The position numbers and the translations under genes were made by a program. The notes beneath the pieces are model-generated. The model had not been told where the DNA came from, ran no database searches, and saw nothing but the letters and a program-made list of their open reading frames with translations. 64,000 bases of DNA from Candidatus Peregrinibacteria bacterium. GTDB taxonomy: Bacteria; Patescibacteriota; Gracilibacteria; Peribacterales; Peribacteraceae. The DNA lies in assembly GCA_016186175.1 (NCBI GenBank), contig JACPMB010000015.1:1116-65115 (forward strand). Direction: 5' to 3'. Below are positions 27,167 through 36,868 of this stretch, one piece after another (within the stretch, counting starts at the first letter, position 1; each line of letters opens with the position of its first letter).

Positions 27167-29785
27167 ATGCATCCGTTTGACAGATTCACGCCGAACGCCA
27201 AGCTAGCGCTGCAGATCGCAGAGCAGGAAGCGAAGAACATGAAGAGCCAATACATCGGGACAGAACATCTGCTGCTCGGGCTGCTAAGCATTCCCAAATC
27301 CCTGGGCTTTTCCATATTTACAGGCGCCGGAGTCACGCAGGAGAACGTCAGGATCCTGTTCAAAGCGATGAAATCGGCGAATATCGAGGGTCAACACGTA
27401 AAGCACGGACTCTCGACGTTCCTCCACACCGTGATCGAACAGAGCGTGATCACCGCGCATAAATTCCGTCACGCGAACGTCGGCACGGAACATCTGCTGC
27501 ACTCTCTCGTATCCACCGGCAAGAACGCCGCCACGCTGCTGCTCGAAAATATGCAAGTGGATCCGGAGGACCTTAAAACCCGGGTGGAAGAGATGTTCGG
27601 ACAGATAAATACGTTCAAGCAGCAGAATCGAAACCTGGAGCAATCGCTGGAAGCTTTTTTTCACGGACTGCAGGGCGCCATAGTCGGCATGCATCCGGGG
27701 ATGGCGATGGCCGGCGAAAATGAAGGATTGAAGCGAAAGAAAACCGACGGCAAGAGCAAGACGCCGGTTCTCGATTATTTCACGGACGATCTGATCGCCA
27801 AAGTCAGAGAAAAGAAGGTAGACCCGATAATCGGGCGGGACGAGGAAATCGAGCGACTCATCCGCATTCTTAATCGCAAAACGAAAAACAATCCTGTCCT
27901 GATCGGCGAACCCGGCGTCGGAAAGACTGCAATCGTCGAGGGGCTGGCGCAGCGGATCTCCGCCGGCAACGTGCCGCATGCTCTTCAGAACCGGCGCCTG
28001 CTTACTCTGAACATGGGATCTCTCGTCGCCGGCACCAAATATCGCGGTGAATTCGAACAGCGCTTCGACGACATCATCAAAGAAGCCGCCAAAAGCGATA
28101 ATTCCATCATTCTGTTCATTGACGAGATGCACACCGTCGTCGGCGCCGGCGCCGCGGAAGGATCCCTGGACGCTGCGAACATCCTTAAACCCGCCCTGAG
28201 CCGCGGCGCTCTGCGGGTAATCGGCGCGACGACTCTGGACGAGTATCGCACGATCGAGAAGGACCGTGCACTGGAACGGCGCTTCCAATCCATCATCGTG
28301 CAGGAACCGACTGTGCCCGACGCCATCAGGATCCTCCAGGGGATCAAGGAGAGCTTCGAGCAGTTTCATCATCTCTCCATTACGGACGGCGCTCTCGAGG
28401 CGTCCGTGAACCTCAGCAAGCGCTACATCACCGAGCGTTATTTGCCGGACAAAGCCATTGACGTGCTGGATGAAGCCGCGGCCGGCAAGAGCCTGCAGCA
28501 TGTCGGCGCCGCGCAGCCCGAAATCCGCAAGCTCGAGGAGCGTCTCGAATCCCTCGTCGGCAAACAGCAGCAGGCGGTCAAGGAGCAGAAATATCACGTT
28601 GCGCTCAAGATGAAACAAGAACAGCAGGAACTTAAGGAAAAACTCGACAGGCTTCGCAGCAATCAGGACGGCGACCGGCGGACGCCGATTCAGATCACAG
28701 AGGACGACATAGCGGAGGTCGTTGGCCGCATGACGGGCATTCCCGTCACCAAACTTATGAAATCAGAAGCCAGGCGTCTTACGAATCTGGAACAGGTGCT
28801 GCGGAAGTCCATAGTCGGCCAGGACGATGCGATAAAGAATGTCGCGCGCGCGATCCGTCGCTCGCGTGTTGGCATCAGCGACGCCAAGCGGCCCATAGGC
28901 TCGTTTCTATTCCTTGGACCGACCGGCGTCGGAAAGACCGAGCTCGTCCGCACGATCGCGAGGGAAGTGTTCAACCGCGAGGACGCGCTGATAAAGATAG
29001 ACATGTCGGAATTCATGGAGCGTCATAATGTCTCGCGTTTGACAGGGACGACCGCCGGATACGTCGGATACGAAGAAGGTGGTCAGTTGACGGAATCTGT
29101 ACGACGCAAGCCATACTCGGTCGTTCTTTTCGACGAAATCGAAAAGGCGCATCCGGAATTCTTCAACATCCTGCTGCAGATTCTAGAAGACGGCTCGCTG
29201 ACGGACGGACAGGGCAAGCAGGTTGATTTCACCAATACGATCATCATCATGACGAGCAATATTGGCGCAGAGAAGCTGACAAAACAGGCGGCTCGCATAG
29301 GTTTCAAACTCGAGAATGAGGCCAAGGCGGATGAAATAGAGTACGAGGAAAAGTGCAAGGAAGTGATTGATGAACTCAAAGAAAACATGCGGCCGGAGTT
29401 TTTGAATCGAATTGACCACATTATAGTCTTCAATGCATTAAATCAGCAGCACATCCGCAAAATTGTGCGCATGCATGTCGAGCATCTGGGCAATCGCCTT
29501 AAGGAACAGGGATATGTTCTGGATGTTGACTCGAAAGCTATCGCGCTCCTTGGAGAAGAAGGCTTCGATCCGGAATATGGAGCAAGGCCTGTTCGGCGCA
29601 TAATTCAGGAACGCCTGGAATCCGAAATCGCAGAACACATTCTGAAAGAAATTTTTCGCAAGGGTGACGTCATTCGCGTTGTGCAAAAGGGCGAAAAGAA
29701 CCTGGAATTCCTGCACGGAGACGTTCTAAAGGCCGCTGAGAAGCAACTGGAAGCGGTGGAAGCCGAGGCTGAGATTGCTGCATGA
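27167..29785 (+). CDS. clpC: Clp/Hsp100 AAA+ chaperone, ClpC-like
   Basis: Clp_N repeats (..YIGTEHLLLGLL.., ..NVGTEHLLHSLV..), two Walker A sites (GEPGVGKTA, GPTGVGKTE) and a short UVR-like linker between the NBDs rather than a long ClpB M-domain. Confidence 0.85.
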   Translation: MHPFDRFTPNAKLALQIAEQEAKNMKSQYIGTEHLLLGLLSIPKSLGFSIFTGAGVTQENVRILFKAMKSANIEGQHVKHGLSTFLHTVIEQSVITAHKFRHANVGTEHLLHSLVSTGKNAATLLLENMQVDPEDLKTRVEEMFGQINTFKQQNRNLEQSLEAFFHGLQGAIVGMHPGMAMAGENEGLKRKKTDGKSKTPVLDYFTDDLIAKVREKKVDPIIGRDEEIERLIRILNRKTKNNPVLIGEPGVGKTAIVEGLAQRISAGNVPHALQNRRLLTLNMGSLVAGTKYRGEFEQRFDDIIKEAAKSDNSIILFIDEMHTVVGAGAAEGSLDAANILKPALSRGALRVIGATTLDEYRTIEKDRALERRFQSIIVQEPTVPDAIRILQGIKESFEQFHHLSITDGALEASVNLSKRYITERYLPDKAIDVLDEAAAGKSLQHVGAAQPEIRKLEERLESLVGKQQQAVKEQKYHVALKMKQEQQELKEKLDRLRSNQDGDRRTPIQITEDDIAEVVGRMTGIPVTKLMKSEARRLTNLEQVLRKSIVGQDDAIKNVARAIRRSRVGISDAKRPIGSFLFLGPTGVGKTELVRTIAREVFNREDALIKIDMSEFMERHNVSRLTGTTAGYVGYEEGGQLTESVRRKPYSVVLFDEIEKAHPEFFNILLQILEDGSLTDGQGKQVDFTNTIIIMTSNIGAEKLTKQAARIGFKLENEAKADEIEYEEKCKEVIDELKENMRPEFLNRIDHIIVFNALNQQHIRKIVRMHVEHLGNRLKEQGYVLDVDSKAIALLGEEGFDPEYGARPVRRIIQERLESEIAEHILKEIFRKGDVIRVVQKGEKNLEFLHGDVLKAAEKQLEAVEAEAEIAA

Positions 29786-29898
29786 AAAAAGCGGCACAGG
29801 CTTCAAATATGGAACTTTCGCCACTTTTGCGCCCTTTGTCGCCTTCTGTGAAAGAGTTTTTTTTGCTATAATTGGAGGATTCCCACAGGCCCACATAC

Positions 29899-30576
29899 AT
29901 GCCGATAGAAGCAGTCAAAATCCCGCAGAACGTCCAAATCGAGGATCGCGTCGTAGGTCCGTTGAGCCTTCGACAGATCATCATCATGGCAATCGGAGGA
30001 GGGCTAAGTTACGTGATGTATTCTGCGGTCCAGAGATCCATCGGGCATGTGAGCATTCCGTTGACGATAATTCTCTGGACTCCTGCGGCGATAGCTGCGG
30101 CTTTCGCGCTCATTAATATAAACGACATGAGTCTGTTGCGCATATGCCTGCTCCTTCTAGAAAGAATTCAGAAGCCGTCTTTGCGTACGTGGGCCCCGCG
30201 AACCGGCATCTCCATCACAATTCGCACATCTGCGACGGACAGTAAGGATGAAAACGCCGGGAAAAAACGCGCAGAGGTTCCCGGGCAAACGACTGAGCAG
30301 CAGATCGCTGACCTGACCCGCGTGGTTGACATGCCGGCAACGACGAACAAAGACGAAACAATGCAGGCTGCCGATGCTTTTGCGCTTGTCCCGGCCGCCT
30401 TGCCCGAGAGCGCCGAAAACCCGGAAAATGCAGCGGTGTCTGAGGCTTCCGTAAATCCAGATCGTATTCTTGCGGATTCTCCGGCAGAAAAATCCATTTC
30501 CGCGGCAAACCCGCTTCTGTCCGATTTATCCATCTTCCGGGACGTTCTTCCTCCAACCAGCTCATGGCCATCTTGA
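29899..30576 (+). CDS. PrgI-family protein (T4SS-associated membrane protein)
   Basis: MPIEAVKIPQNVQIEDRVVGPLSLRQIIIMAIGGGLSYVMY.. plus a second helix matches the PrgI N-terminal pattern. The C-terminal half looks low-complexity. Confidence 0.65.
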   Translation: MPIEAVKIPQNVQIEDRVVGPLSLRQIIIMAIGGGLSYVMYSAVQRSIGHVSIPLTIILWTPAAIAAAFALININDMSLLRICLLLLERIQKPSLRTWAPRTGISITIRTSATDSKDENAGKKRAEVPGQTTEQQIADLTRVVDMPATTNKDETMQAADAFALVPAALPESAENPENAAVSEASVNPDRILADSPAEKSISAANPLLSDLSIFRDVLPPTSSWPS

Positions 30577-31286
30577 ATGCCTCTGCCAAAAGCACGGTTC
30601 GTAGCCGCAAAAAGAGCGCGCTCACCTCGACGCAACGCTTCCTCCCGATCGCCGAAATAAAAAGCGATACGGCGCTCTTAAAGAACGGCGGCTTGCGGGC
30701 GGTGCTGCTTGTGGAAGCACTGAATTTCAATTTAAAAAGCGAAACAGAGCAGCGGGGCATTATTGCAGGCTACGAGGGGCTGGCCAACACTCTCAACTTT
30801 CCCCTTCAAATAGTGGTGCGATCTGCGAAAATCAACATAGATCCGTATATCGAACAGTTGCACGCGCTGGCGCAAAATCAGAATAACGCACTCCTTAAAA
30901 ACCAGACTCTCTCGTACGCCGATTTCGTCGAGCGCCTGGTGGACGTGGCAGACATCATGCAGAAACGATTCTACGTCGTCGTTCCATTTGACCAGAGCGC
31001 GCGTCACAAAGGCATTTTTGAACAGTTCCTGAACTGGATCAGCCCGGATGACTCCGTTGCAAAAGCCGCGCAACGTGCCCGCGATTTCGCCTCCGGCGCG
31101 CGAGGCCTTAAAGATCGTGTCAATCTGGTGCAAGCCGGTCTCGAAAACATCGGACTGATCAGCAGACGGCTGACGACGCGCGAGTTGATCGAATTATATT
31201 ACAAAATATACAACCCGCAGACTTCGCAGGAACAAAAATTGCCGATGGAAGGGGAGAAGCTGAAAATTGACAAGACGACGCTATAA
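30564..31286 (+). CDS. VirB4/TraC N-terminal-domain-like protein without an ATPase domain
   Basis: ..FLPIAEIKSDTALLKNGGLRAVLLVEALNFNLKSETEQRGIIAGYEGLANTLNFPLQIVVRS..FYVVVPFD.. resembles the N-terminus of CPR/Gram-positive VirB4-like proteins. The ORF ends after 240 aa with no Walker motifs. Confidence 0.45.
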   Translation: MAILNASAKSTVRSRKKSALTSTQRFLPIAEIKSDTALLKNGGLRAVLLVEALNFNLKSETEQRGIIAGYEGLANTLNFPLQIVVRSAKINIDPYIEQLHALAQNQNNALLKNQTLSYADFVERLVDVADIMQKRFYVVVPFDQSARHKGIFEQFLNWISPDDSVAKAAQRARDFASGARGLKDRVNLVQAGLENIGLISRRLTTRELIELYYKIYNPQTSQEQKLPMEGEKLKIDKTTL

Positions 31287-31495
31287 ACAAATGGAGCATT
31301 GAAAAATTGAACATTGAGAATAATGGCAGATACGCAAGATTCTGGGCTGCTGCCGCTTTGACTTCATTCTGCATGGGCGTACAATCCCCGAGCTCCCATG
31401 CCGCTCGTGCGAGGACGTGCAGGAGCCACCTGGCTCGTTCAATGCTTGTATCTGAGGGCCGATCTTATTTTCTCCCGCTCGCACCACTCATTTCC

Positions 31496-32881
31496 ATGTC
31501 CACGCATAAATTCCCGAAGACCGGCGGCAGCGCCGTCATGGATCAGCTGATGAGGGACGCTCCCATGCCGATGCGCGCGCAGCCCGGAGAGTTGATAGAA
31601 GGAACCGTCGTCTATCGCGGAAAGAACAAGCTTCTGCTGGATATCGACGGAGTGGCCACCGGCATTGTTTCCGGTCGTGAGCTGCGCGATTCATTCAACA
31701 CTTTCCGCGAACTCAAAATCGGCGATCCGATAGCAGCGCTGGTTCTGGAGGAAGAGAACGACGAGGGGATGATCGTATTGAGCTTGCGCATGGCAAGCCA
31801 GAAAAAAGCGTGGGATCGCTTCCATCGCCTGGTTGAAACAGATTCGACGATGGAGTTCGTGGCTCAGGAAGCGAACAAAGGCGGGCTCCTGGCCAACATT
31901 GACGGCATACGGACGTTCCTCCCTGTGAGCCAGCTGGCGCCTGTCAATTATCCGCGCGTGAACAATTCCGACGCCACTGAGATCATTTCGCGCCTGCAGA
32001 AATTCGTCGGGCACAGGTTCATCGTGAAAATCATCACGATAGACGAAGAAGCCGGCAAGATCGTTGTTTCCGAGCGCGAAGCCCTCAGCGAGCAGCGGGC
32101 GAAAGCCCTGGAACATCTGAAAATCGGCGATGTAAAAGAGGGCATGGTCAGCGGAATCGTTAAATTCGGGCTTTTCGTCGCATTCGACGGCCTCGAAGGA
32201 CTCGTGCATATTTCCGAGATTGCATGGGGGCATGTAAAAAATCCGTCGGAATGCGCGCGAATCGGAGACAGGGTTGCCGTCAAAGTCATCGGGGTGGACG
32301 GGGAAAAACTCAGCCTCAGCATCAAGCAGCTTACGAAAGACCCGTGGGAAGAGATCGCGGAGCGCTATCCCGTCGGCAAGCGTGTTACAGGCACAGTCGT
32401 GCGCTTCGCGGATTACGGTGCATTCCTCAAGATCGAAAAGGATATCAATGGCCTGGTGCACCTTAGTGAAATCGCGCATCACAAGGTGACCGATCCGGCA
32501 GAAGCGCTCACTATCGGGCAGAAAGTTGACGCGCAAGTCATCAATATTGACGTTGACGAACGCCGCATCGGCCTCTCGGTAAAGGCGCTTAAGCCGATTG
32601 ACAAGGAAACGATGGAACGGATCAGAAGGGAACGGGAGGAGGAGGAAGCCAAAGCAAAAACCCAGCGGCAGCCCGCTGAAGCCGACTTTAAAAAGGAATC
32701 CGGCGGACCGGACGCGGCTGCGGGATCGGAAACCGCAGAGAGTTTCATTGCTTCAAAAACCGGAAAGAAGTACTACTCCGCCGGTTCTCCACAGGCGGAG
32801 AAGATAAAGGAGGAGAACCAGGTGATATTCAAGACTAAGCAAGAGGCGGAGGCGGCGGGGTACAGTGGCGGAAGTGGATAG
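31496..32881 (+). CDS. rpsA: 30S ribosomal protein S1-like (multiple S1/OB repeats) with a charged C-terminal tail
   Basis: S1 repeats include ..GELIEGTVVYRGKNKLLLDIDG.., ..GDVKEGMVSGIVKFGLFVAFDGLEGLVHISE.. and ..GKRVTGTVVRFADYGAFLKIEKDINGLVHLSE... Start set at ATG 31496. Confidence 0.8.
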   Translation: MSTHKFPKTGGSAVMDQLMRDAPMPMRAQPGELIEGTVVYRGKNKLLLDIDGVATGIVSGRELRDSFNTFRELKIGDPIAALVLEEENDEGMIVLSLRMASQKKAWDRFHRLVETDSTMEFVAQEANKGGLLANIDGIRTFLPVSQLAPVNYPRVNNSDATEIISRLQKFVGHRFIVKIITIDEEAGKIVVSEREALSEQRAKALEHLKIGDVKEGMVSGIVKFGLFVAFDGLEGLVHISEIAWGHVKNPSECARIGDRVAVKVIGVDGEKLSLSIKQLTKDPWEEIAERYPVGKRVTGTVVRFADYGAFLKIEKDINGLVHLSEIAHHKVTDPAEALTIGQKVDAQVINIDVDERRIGLSVKALKPIDKETMERIRREREEEEAKAKTQRQPAEADFKKESGGPDAAAGSETAESFIASKTGKKYYSAGSPQAEKIKEENQVIFKTKQEAEAAGYSGGSG

Positions 32882-32915
32882 ATAAGGAGTTGTCAAAAGC
32901 TGAAAAGATACATGA

Positions 32916-33245
32916 TCACGCCAAACTCTGTTCACTAAGGAAATGCAGATGCAGGTACGGCACTTCCTGCCCCCCTTTCCTGCCGACGTGAAACGTAAGT
33001 TTGTACCCGTCAATCCCCTTCTCTTTCGCGAACCGCTGGGCCTTCAAGATCAGCATGCCGGGAATGTAGGCGGTCTCGGAGGTCACATCGGCAATCGAAG
33101 CAACAAAGTGCTTTGGTATGAACAGTAGATGCGTGACGGCCTTGGGATGAATGTCTTTGAATGCAAGCACTTCATCGTCTTCGTAAACGACGGTTGACGG
33201 AATTTCCTTATCTATGATTTTGTGGAAAATGGTTCGCTCTGCCAT
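32916..33245 (-). CDS. HIT-family (histidine triad) protein
   Basis: MAERTIFHKIIDKEIPSTVVYEDDEVLAFKDI.. and ..VPYLHLHFL.. (HxHxHxx motif). Confidence 0.85.
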   Translation of the reverse strand: MAERTIFHKIIDKEIPSTVVYEDDEVLAFKDIHPKAVTHLLFIPKHFVASIADVTSETAYIPGMLILKAQRFAKEKGIDGYKLTFHVGRKGGQEVPYLHLHFLSEQSLA

Positions 33246-33413
33246 AAGTGAAGAATAGCAGAAACTCTGATGCATACGATTCGCTGCGCTAATCCGCGCT
33301 CGATTTTGACATCGCGTTGCTGTGTCGAACGAGGACAAAGAGGCGCAGACTTCAATACTTTGCATTATCGACAAATTGACTTTTACGCTCAAAAAAGGGA
33401 CAATATACTCGTA

Positions 33414-33920
33414 ATGGGCAACTCGCTTCCATCCTCTACAGACCGGGTTTCCGCGTCGCAATCCGTCGAGACCGCGCGGTTGATCGTTCGGCAGCCGGGA
33501 AAGCTGCAGGAACTCACGAACCTGCTGGAAACATTCGAGAACTTGAATGCGCGCGTCAGCGAGCGGACCGGCGAAGACAGATCAGGGGACTTGGGAGGAG
33601 CCGGCGCCGGGTCCGCAGCAGGAAGCCAGCAGGGAACACACGGGTCATCTGCGCGCGATCTGGCAATGCAGAACATTCCGGCAGCGGAAGTGATGCACAA
33701 TAAACTAGAGCGCCATATCCGCCAGGAAACGCGGAGGCTGGAAAAACTGGCGCGCACGGCTTCCCGATTGTCTGCGCCAGGCTCGGCTCACAAACTGAAT
33801 GAACTCTACGCGAAGATCCGGCGTCTGCATGCTCTGATTCACGACATTCTGGATGCATCAATTGAGGTATTGAAGAAGCTATTCATACGCGTGTTCATTG
33901 ATCAGCAACCGATTCTTTGA
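33414..33920 (+). CDS. Hypothetical protein
   Basis: 168 aa from ATG 33414, with a Gly/Ser-rich centre and a helical C-terminus. Confidence 0.45.
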   Translation: MGNSLPSSTDRVSASQSVETARLIVRQPGKLQELTNLLETFENLNARVSERTGEDRSGDLGGAGAGSAAGSQQGTHGSSARDLAMQNIPAAEVMHNKLERHIRQETRRLEKLARTASRLSAPGSAHKLNELYAKIRRLHALIHDILDASIEVLKKLFIRVFIDQQPIL

Positions 33921-33939
33921 TGTTGCTGCGCTCAAAGGA

Positions 33940-34233
33940 TCATCTTGCCTCTTGCATCACGGCATTTACGAAATCTCCGGCAATGGGAGCCAATGGAAGA
34001 TGCTGCACCACCCACATCAGGAATGGAATCACGATGACTGCGGCCGTCAACGCGCCGAGGCCATAGACGATGCCGCGCAGGTACGTAAGGAAGAGATGCT
34101 TGCCAGGATGGATGACGTATTCAAATTCTCGCGGGATCTGCTCCACGTCATGCTCCAGGGAACTAAGGGCAAAGACGAGCGCGCGCTTTCCTGGATTATG
34201 CCTGGCCGATGATGTTAGTCGGGCTTTTACCAT
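33940..34233 (-). CDS. Small membrane protein (DUF5665-like)
   Basis: 97 aa. ..LFLTYLRGIVYGLGALTAAVIVIPFLMWVV.. is a single hydrophobic hairpin region. Confidence 0.5.
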   Translation of the reverse strand: MVKARLTSSARHNPGKRALVFALSSLEHDVEQIPREFEYVIHPGKHLFLTYLRGIVYGLGALTAAVIVIPFLMWVVQHLPLAPIAGDFVNAVMQEAR

Positions 34234-34242
34234 TGAGGATTA

Positions 34243-34536
34243 TCATATCTCCTCTACATCGAAGACTTTTTTTCCACTTGACGCTTTTTTCCTTTTCTTT
34301 GAACGATTCATGTGATCCATCACCCACTTGAATGCCTCGTCCAAGATCGCCAGCGGCTTCAAAATCAGAGCCTCCACTTGCGCCGTAGTATCTTCCATCC
34401 GACGCATGATTTTGCGCAGATCCACGACTATAAAGAGCAGGTGGTACAGCACAACCATGATCATCACCGCGACGGCGGCATATAGGACTGAGAGCAGTCC
34501 ACTCATTGTCACTGTGATACCGGAAAAGTTGAACAT
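34243..34536 (-). CDS. Small N-terminally anchored protein (DUF948-like)
   Basis: 97 aa with an N-terminal helix, LLSVLYAAVAVMIMVVLYHLLFIVV, then a helical charged tail. Confidence 0.5.
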   Translation of the reverse strand: MFNFSGITVTMSGLLSVLYAAVAVMIMVVLYHLLFIVVDLRKIMRRMEDTTAQVEALILKPLAILDEAFKWVMDHMNRSKKRKKASSGKKVFDVEEI

Positions 34537-34710
34537 ATTCTGGCGGCGAGACTAAAGAAAGCGCAAAAATGAAGCAATTCTCTTCGCGTGCTTTCCATGT
34601 TGCAGTACCAAGTGCCAGGAATGGAGCGGGTTACCCATTAGTCGCTGCGGCTCCTCAGGATTGCCGCCCAAGCCTTTCGCACTTCGCTCTTCGAGCTCGT
34701 GCTCAAGAGC

Positions 34711-34724
34711 TTGGAGCGGGTTAC
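34711..34724. repeat. tRNA-Gly(TCC) 3'-end-like 14-mer ttggagcgggttac (left of the NYN gene)
   Basis: Identical 14-mer at 35470..35483. A 13-mer copy lies at 34622..34634. The first 10-11 nt match the genuine tRNA 3' end at 35575. Confidence 0.7.
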
Positions 34725-34833
34725 TGGCTTGCCGGCCGTAGTCGCCTAGGCTGACGAAGGCTGGAATCTATTACAACCACTTGTCGGCCGTAGCTCGCAA
34801 GCGAAGGCTGATGATGCGCCCTGCTAGGAGCCT

Positions 34834-35376
34834 ATGTCCATGAGCCGAGATTTGATAGACTTACCCTCTATGGAGAACAAACCCAACCTCGCATTCATCG
34901 ACGGACAGAATCTTCACCTGGGTACGACGCAGAACGGCTGGAAGATCAATTACGGACGATTTCGCACGTACCTTCGGGATAAGTACCACGTTACAGAAGC
35001 TTCATACTTCCTCGGATTTACCGACGAAGTGCAACAGGACCTCTATAGCAATCTCCAGAGAGCTGGGTTCATCGTCTGTTTTCGGGAACACCACTCGGCG
35101 CTCAAGGCGACCAAGAAGGGGAATGTGGATACGGACATCGTGTTCGAAGTGATGAAGGTGCTCATCGAACGGGATGATTTCGGGAAAATCCTGCTCGTTT
35201 CAGGTGACGGTGACTACAAGAAGCTCGTCGATTACCTGATCCAAAAGGAACGCTTCAAGAAAATTCTCTTTCCGAACAGGCAATTCGCCTCGTCACTGTA
35301 TGGGCGTTTGGCTCCGCAGTACTACGACTATCTTGAGGCTCCGGCAATCAAATCGAAGATCGCTCATGGATACTAA
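34834..35376 (+). CDS. NYN-domain (LabA/DUF88-like) protein, putative RNase
   Basis: ..LAFIDGQNLHLG.., ..KGNVDTDIVFEVM.., ..ILLVSGDGDYKKLVDYL.. are the acidic NYN motifs. Confidence 0.8.
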   Translation: MSMSRDLIDLPSMENKPNLAFIDGQNLHLGTTQNGWKINYGRFRTYLRDKYHVTEASYFLGFTDEVQQDLYSNLQRAGFIVCFREHHSALKATKKGNVDTDIVFEVMKVLIERDDFGKILLVSGDGDYKKLVDYLIQKERFKKILFPNRQFASSLYGRLAPQYYDYLEAPAIKSKIAHGY

Positions 35377-35469
35377 AAGAAAGGTCTCCTTAGGCACGAG
35401 GCCGTTCGGATTCCTTTCGTCTTGATACGAATATATTGTAGAACAACTGTGTGGTGATCTGCAAGGGTT

Positions 35470-35483
35470 TTGGAGCGGGTTAC
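35470..35483. repeat. tRNA-Gly(TCC) 3'-end-like 14-mer ttggagcgggttac (right of the NYN gene)
   Basis: See 34711..34724. Confidence 0.7.
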
Positions 35484-35574
35484 GAAGGTGTTGGCGCCTA
35501 TACAAATGATCTCAGTGCTTGAAAAACCACTTGCCGCGGTGGATTCGGGCACTTTGGCAAAGGTGGAAGAAATT

Positions 35575-35649
35575 TGGAGCGGGTGAGCGGAATCGAACCG
35601 CCCTTCCCAGCTTGGAAGGCTGGTGTAATGGCCACTATACGACACCCGC
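35575..35649 (-). tRNA. tRNA-Gly (anticodon TCC), CCA encoded
   Basis: Reverse complement GCGGGTGTCGTATAGTGGCCATTACACCAGCCTTCCAAGCTGGGAAGGGCGGTTCGATTCCGCTCACCCGCTCCA, with anticodon loop CTTCCAA. Confidence 0.85.
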
Positions 35650-35677
35650 AAATAAGGAGGAGGCGCTTTGCCACCCG

Positions 35678-36868
35678 ATGACGATAGCAAAAGCCAGCAT
35701 TTTCTCAATCCTCGACGGTCTTGTTTCAAACTTGTTTCGAATAACAAATCTGACTGCTCCGGAAAAAACGAAAAACCGCTATCCTGCTGCGGTGAAGAGC
35801 CGATACCATCGCATCGTCGTGAAAGTCGGCACCAACGTGCTTACGAAACAGAGCGGCCTGCTCGACGAAGCCGTGATGGCCTCTCTCGTGCGACAGATAA
35901 TCAAAGCGCGCGAAAGCGGCGCGCAGGTGATTCTGGTTTCATCCGGCGCGATGGCGGCGGGCCGCGCGATCGTTCAGCCGGCCAGAAAGTTGAGCAACGT
36001 AGAGGCGCGGCAAGTGCTCGCAGCAGTCGGACAGGCCGAACTGATACACCTGTACGGGTCGCTCTTCCGTAAACAGAACGTCGCCTGCGCGCAGGTGCTC
36101 GCGACCAAGGAGGACTTCCGTGACAGGCGGCACTACCTGAACATGCGCGATTGCCTGTCGGCGCTGCTGCAAGAAGGCATTGTTCCGGTCGTTAATGAGA
36201 ACGACACTGTGTCCATCGGCGAATTGATGTTCACCGACAACGACGAGCTCGCCGCATTGATCGCCTCGATGGTTGGAGCGGACGCGCTGCTCCTGCTGAC
36301 GAGCGTGGACGGGATTCAGATTACTGGGAGCGATGGGATGACGACTGTGCTGAAGACTGTTGCGAGCGAGAGCGACTGGAAGGATCATATTCGCAATGAA
36401 AAATCCTCTTTCGGGCGCGGAGGCATGCAAACGAAGTGCCGCAATGCGCAGAAGCTGGCCGGTCTGGGCATCGCCACGCACATCGCGCGCGGGACGGAAC
36501 CGGATGTAATCATAAAGCTGCTCGCTGGAAAGGAGCTCGGGACGACATTCCCGGCAAAAAATACGACTTCGAGCGTCAAGCGCTGGGTCGCCGAAGGAGC
36601 GGGAAAGGAGAAGGGAGTCGTCACCATCAACCGCTGCGCGTGCGATGTTCTCACGGAAACCGGGAAAGCAGTCAGTTTGCTCCCCGTCGGAGTCGTGAAG
36701 ATCGAAGGATCATTCTCAAAAGGCGATCTCGTACGCATACGCGGCGAGGACGGCTGTGAAGTCGGGCTGGGAATCACACAATATTCTTCCAATGCCGCCA
36801 AAGTAGCGATCGGCAAAAAGGGACAGAAAGCCCTTATACACTGCGACTATCTCCATCTTTTTTCATGA
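35678..36868 (+). CDS. proB: Glutamate 5-kinase with C-terminal PUA domain
   Basis: ..RIVVKVGTNVLT.., ..VILVSSGAMAAG.., ..VPVVNENDTV.., PUA ..GDLVRIRGEDGCEVGLGITQYSS... The ORF track start (35519) runs through the tRNA, so the first ATG after it is used. The start is uncertain. Confidence 0.85.
   Translation: MTIAKASIFSILDGLVSNLFRITNLTAPEKTKNRYPAAVKSRYHRIVVKVGTNVLTKQSGLLDEAVMASLVRQIIKARESGAQVILVSSGAMAAGRAIVQPARKLSNVEARQVLAAVGQAELIHLYGSLFRKQNVACAQVLATKEDFRDRRHYLNMRDCLSALLQEGIVPVVNENDTVSIGELMFTDNDELAALIASMVGADALLLLTSVDGIQITGSDGMTTVLKTVASESDWKDHIRNEKSSFGRGGMQTKCRNAQKLAGLGIATHIARGTEPDVIIKLLAGKELGTTFPAKNTTSSVKRWVAEGAGKEKGVVTINRCACDVLTETGKAVSLLPVGVVKIEGSFSKGDLVRIRGEDGCEVGLGITQYSSNAAKVAIGKKGQKALIHCDYLHLFS

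Noticed and set aside
27284-28618. 444-aa antisense ORF inside the clpC-like gene
   Set aside because: The sense strand carries unmistakable Clp motifs. The antisense product is low-complexity with no family signal, which is typical of GC-rich antisense frames. The same reasoning applies to 3219-4127 (antisense to fic), 51418-52518, 55563-56246, 47007-47990, 39290-39946 and 45875-46663.
34775-34783. 9-mer aaccacttg shared with 35525-35533 as additional att-like evidence around the NYN gene
   Set aside because: A single 9-mer recurrence in 64 kb is too weak on its own, so it was not used as support.
36865-36868. Alternative genetic code (UGA as sense, code 4/25) as in some CPR lineages
   Set aside because: TGA terminates many genes at the expected protein length (for example proB at 36866-36868, proC, uppS, rplK) and forms ATGA start/stop overlaps. 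No conserved gene needs in-frame TGA read-through.
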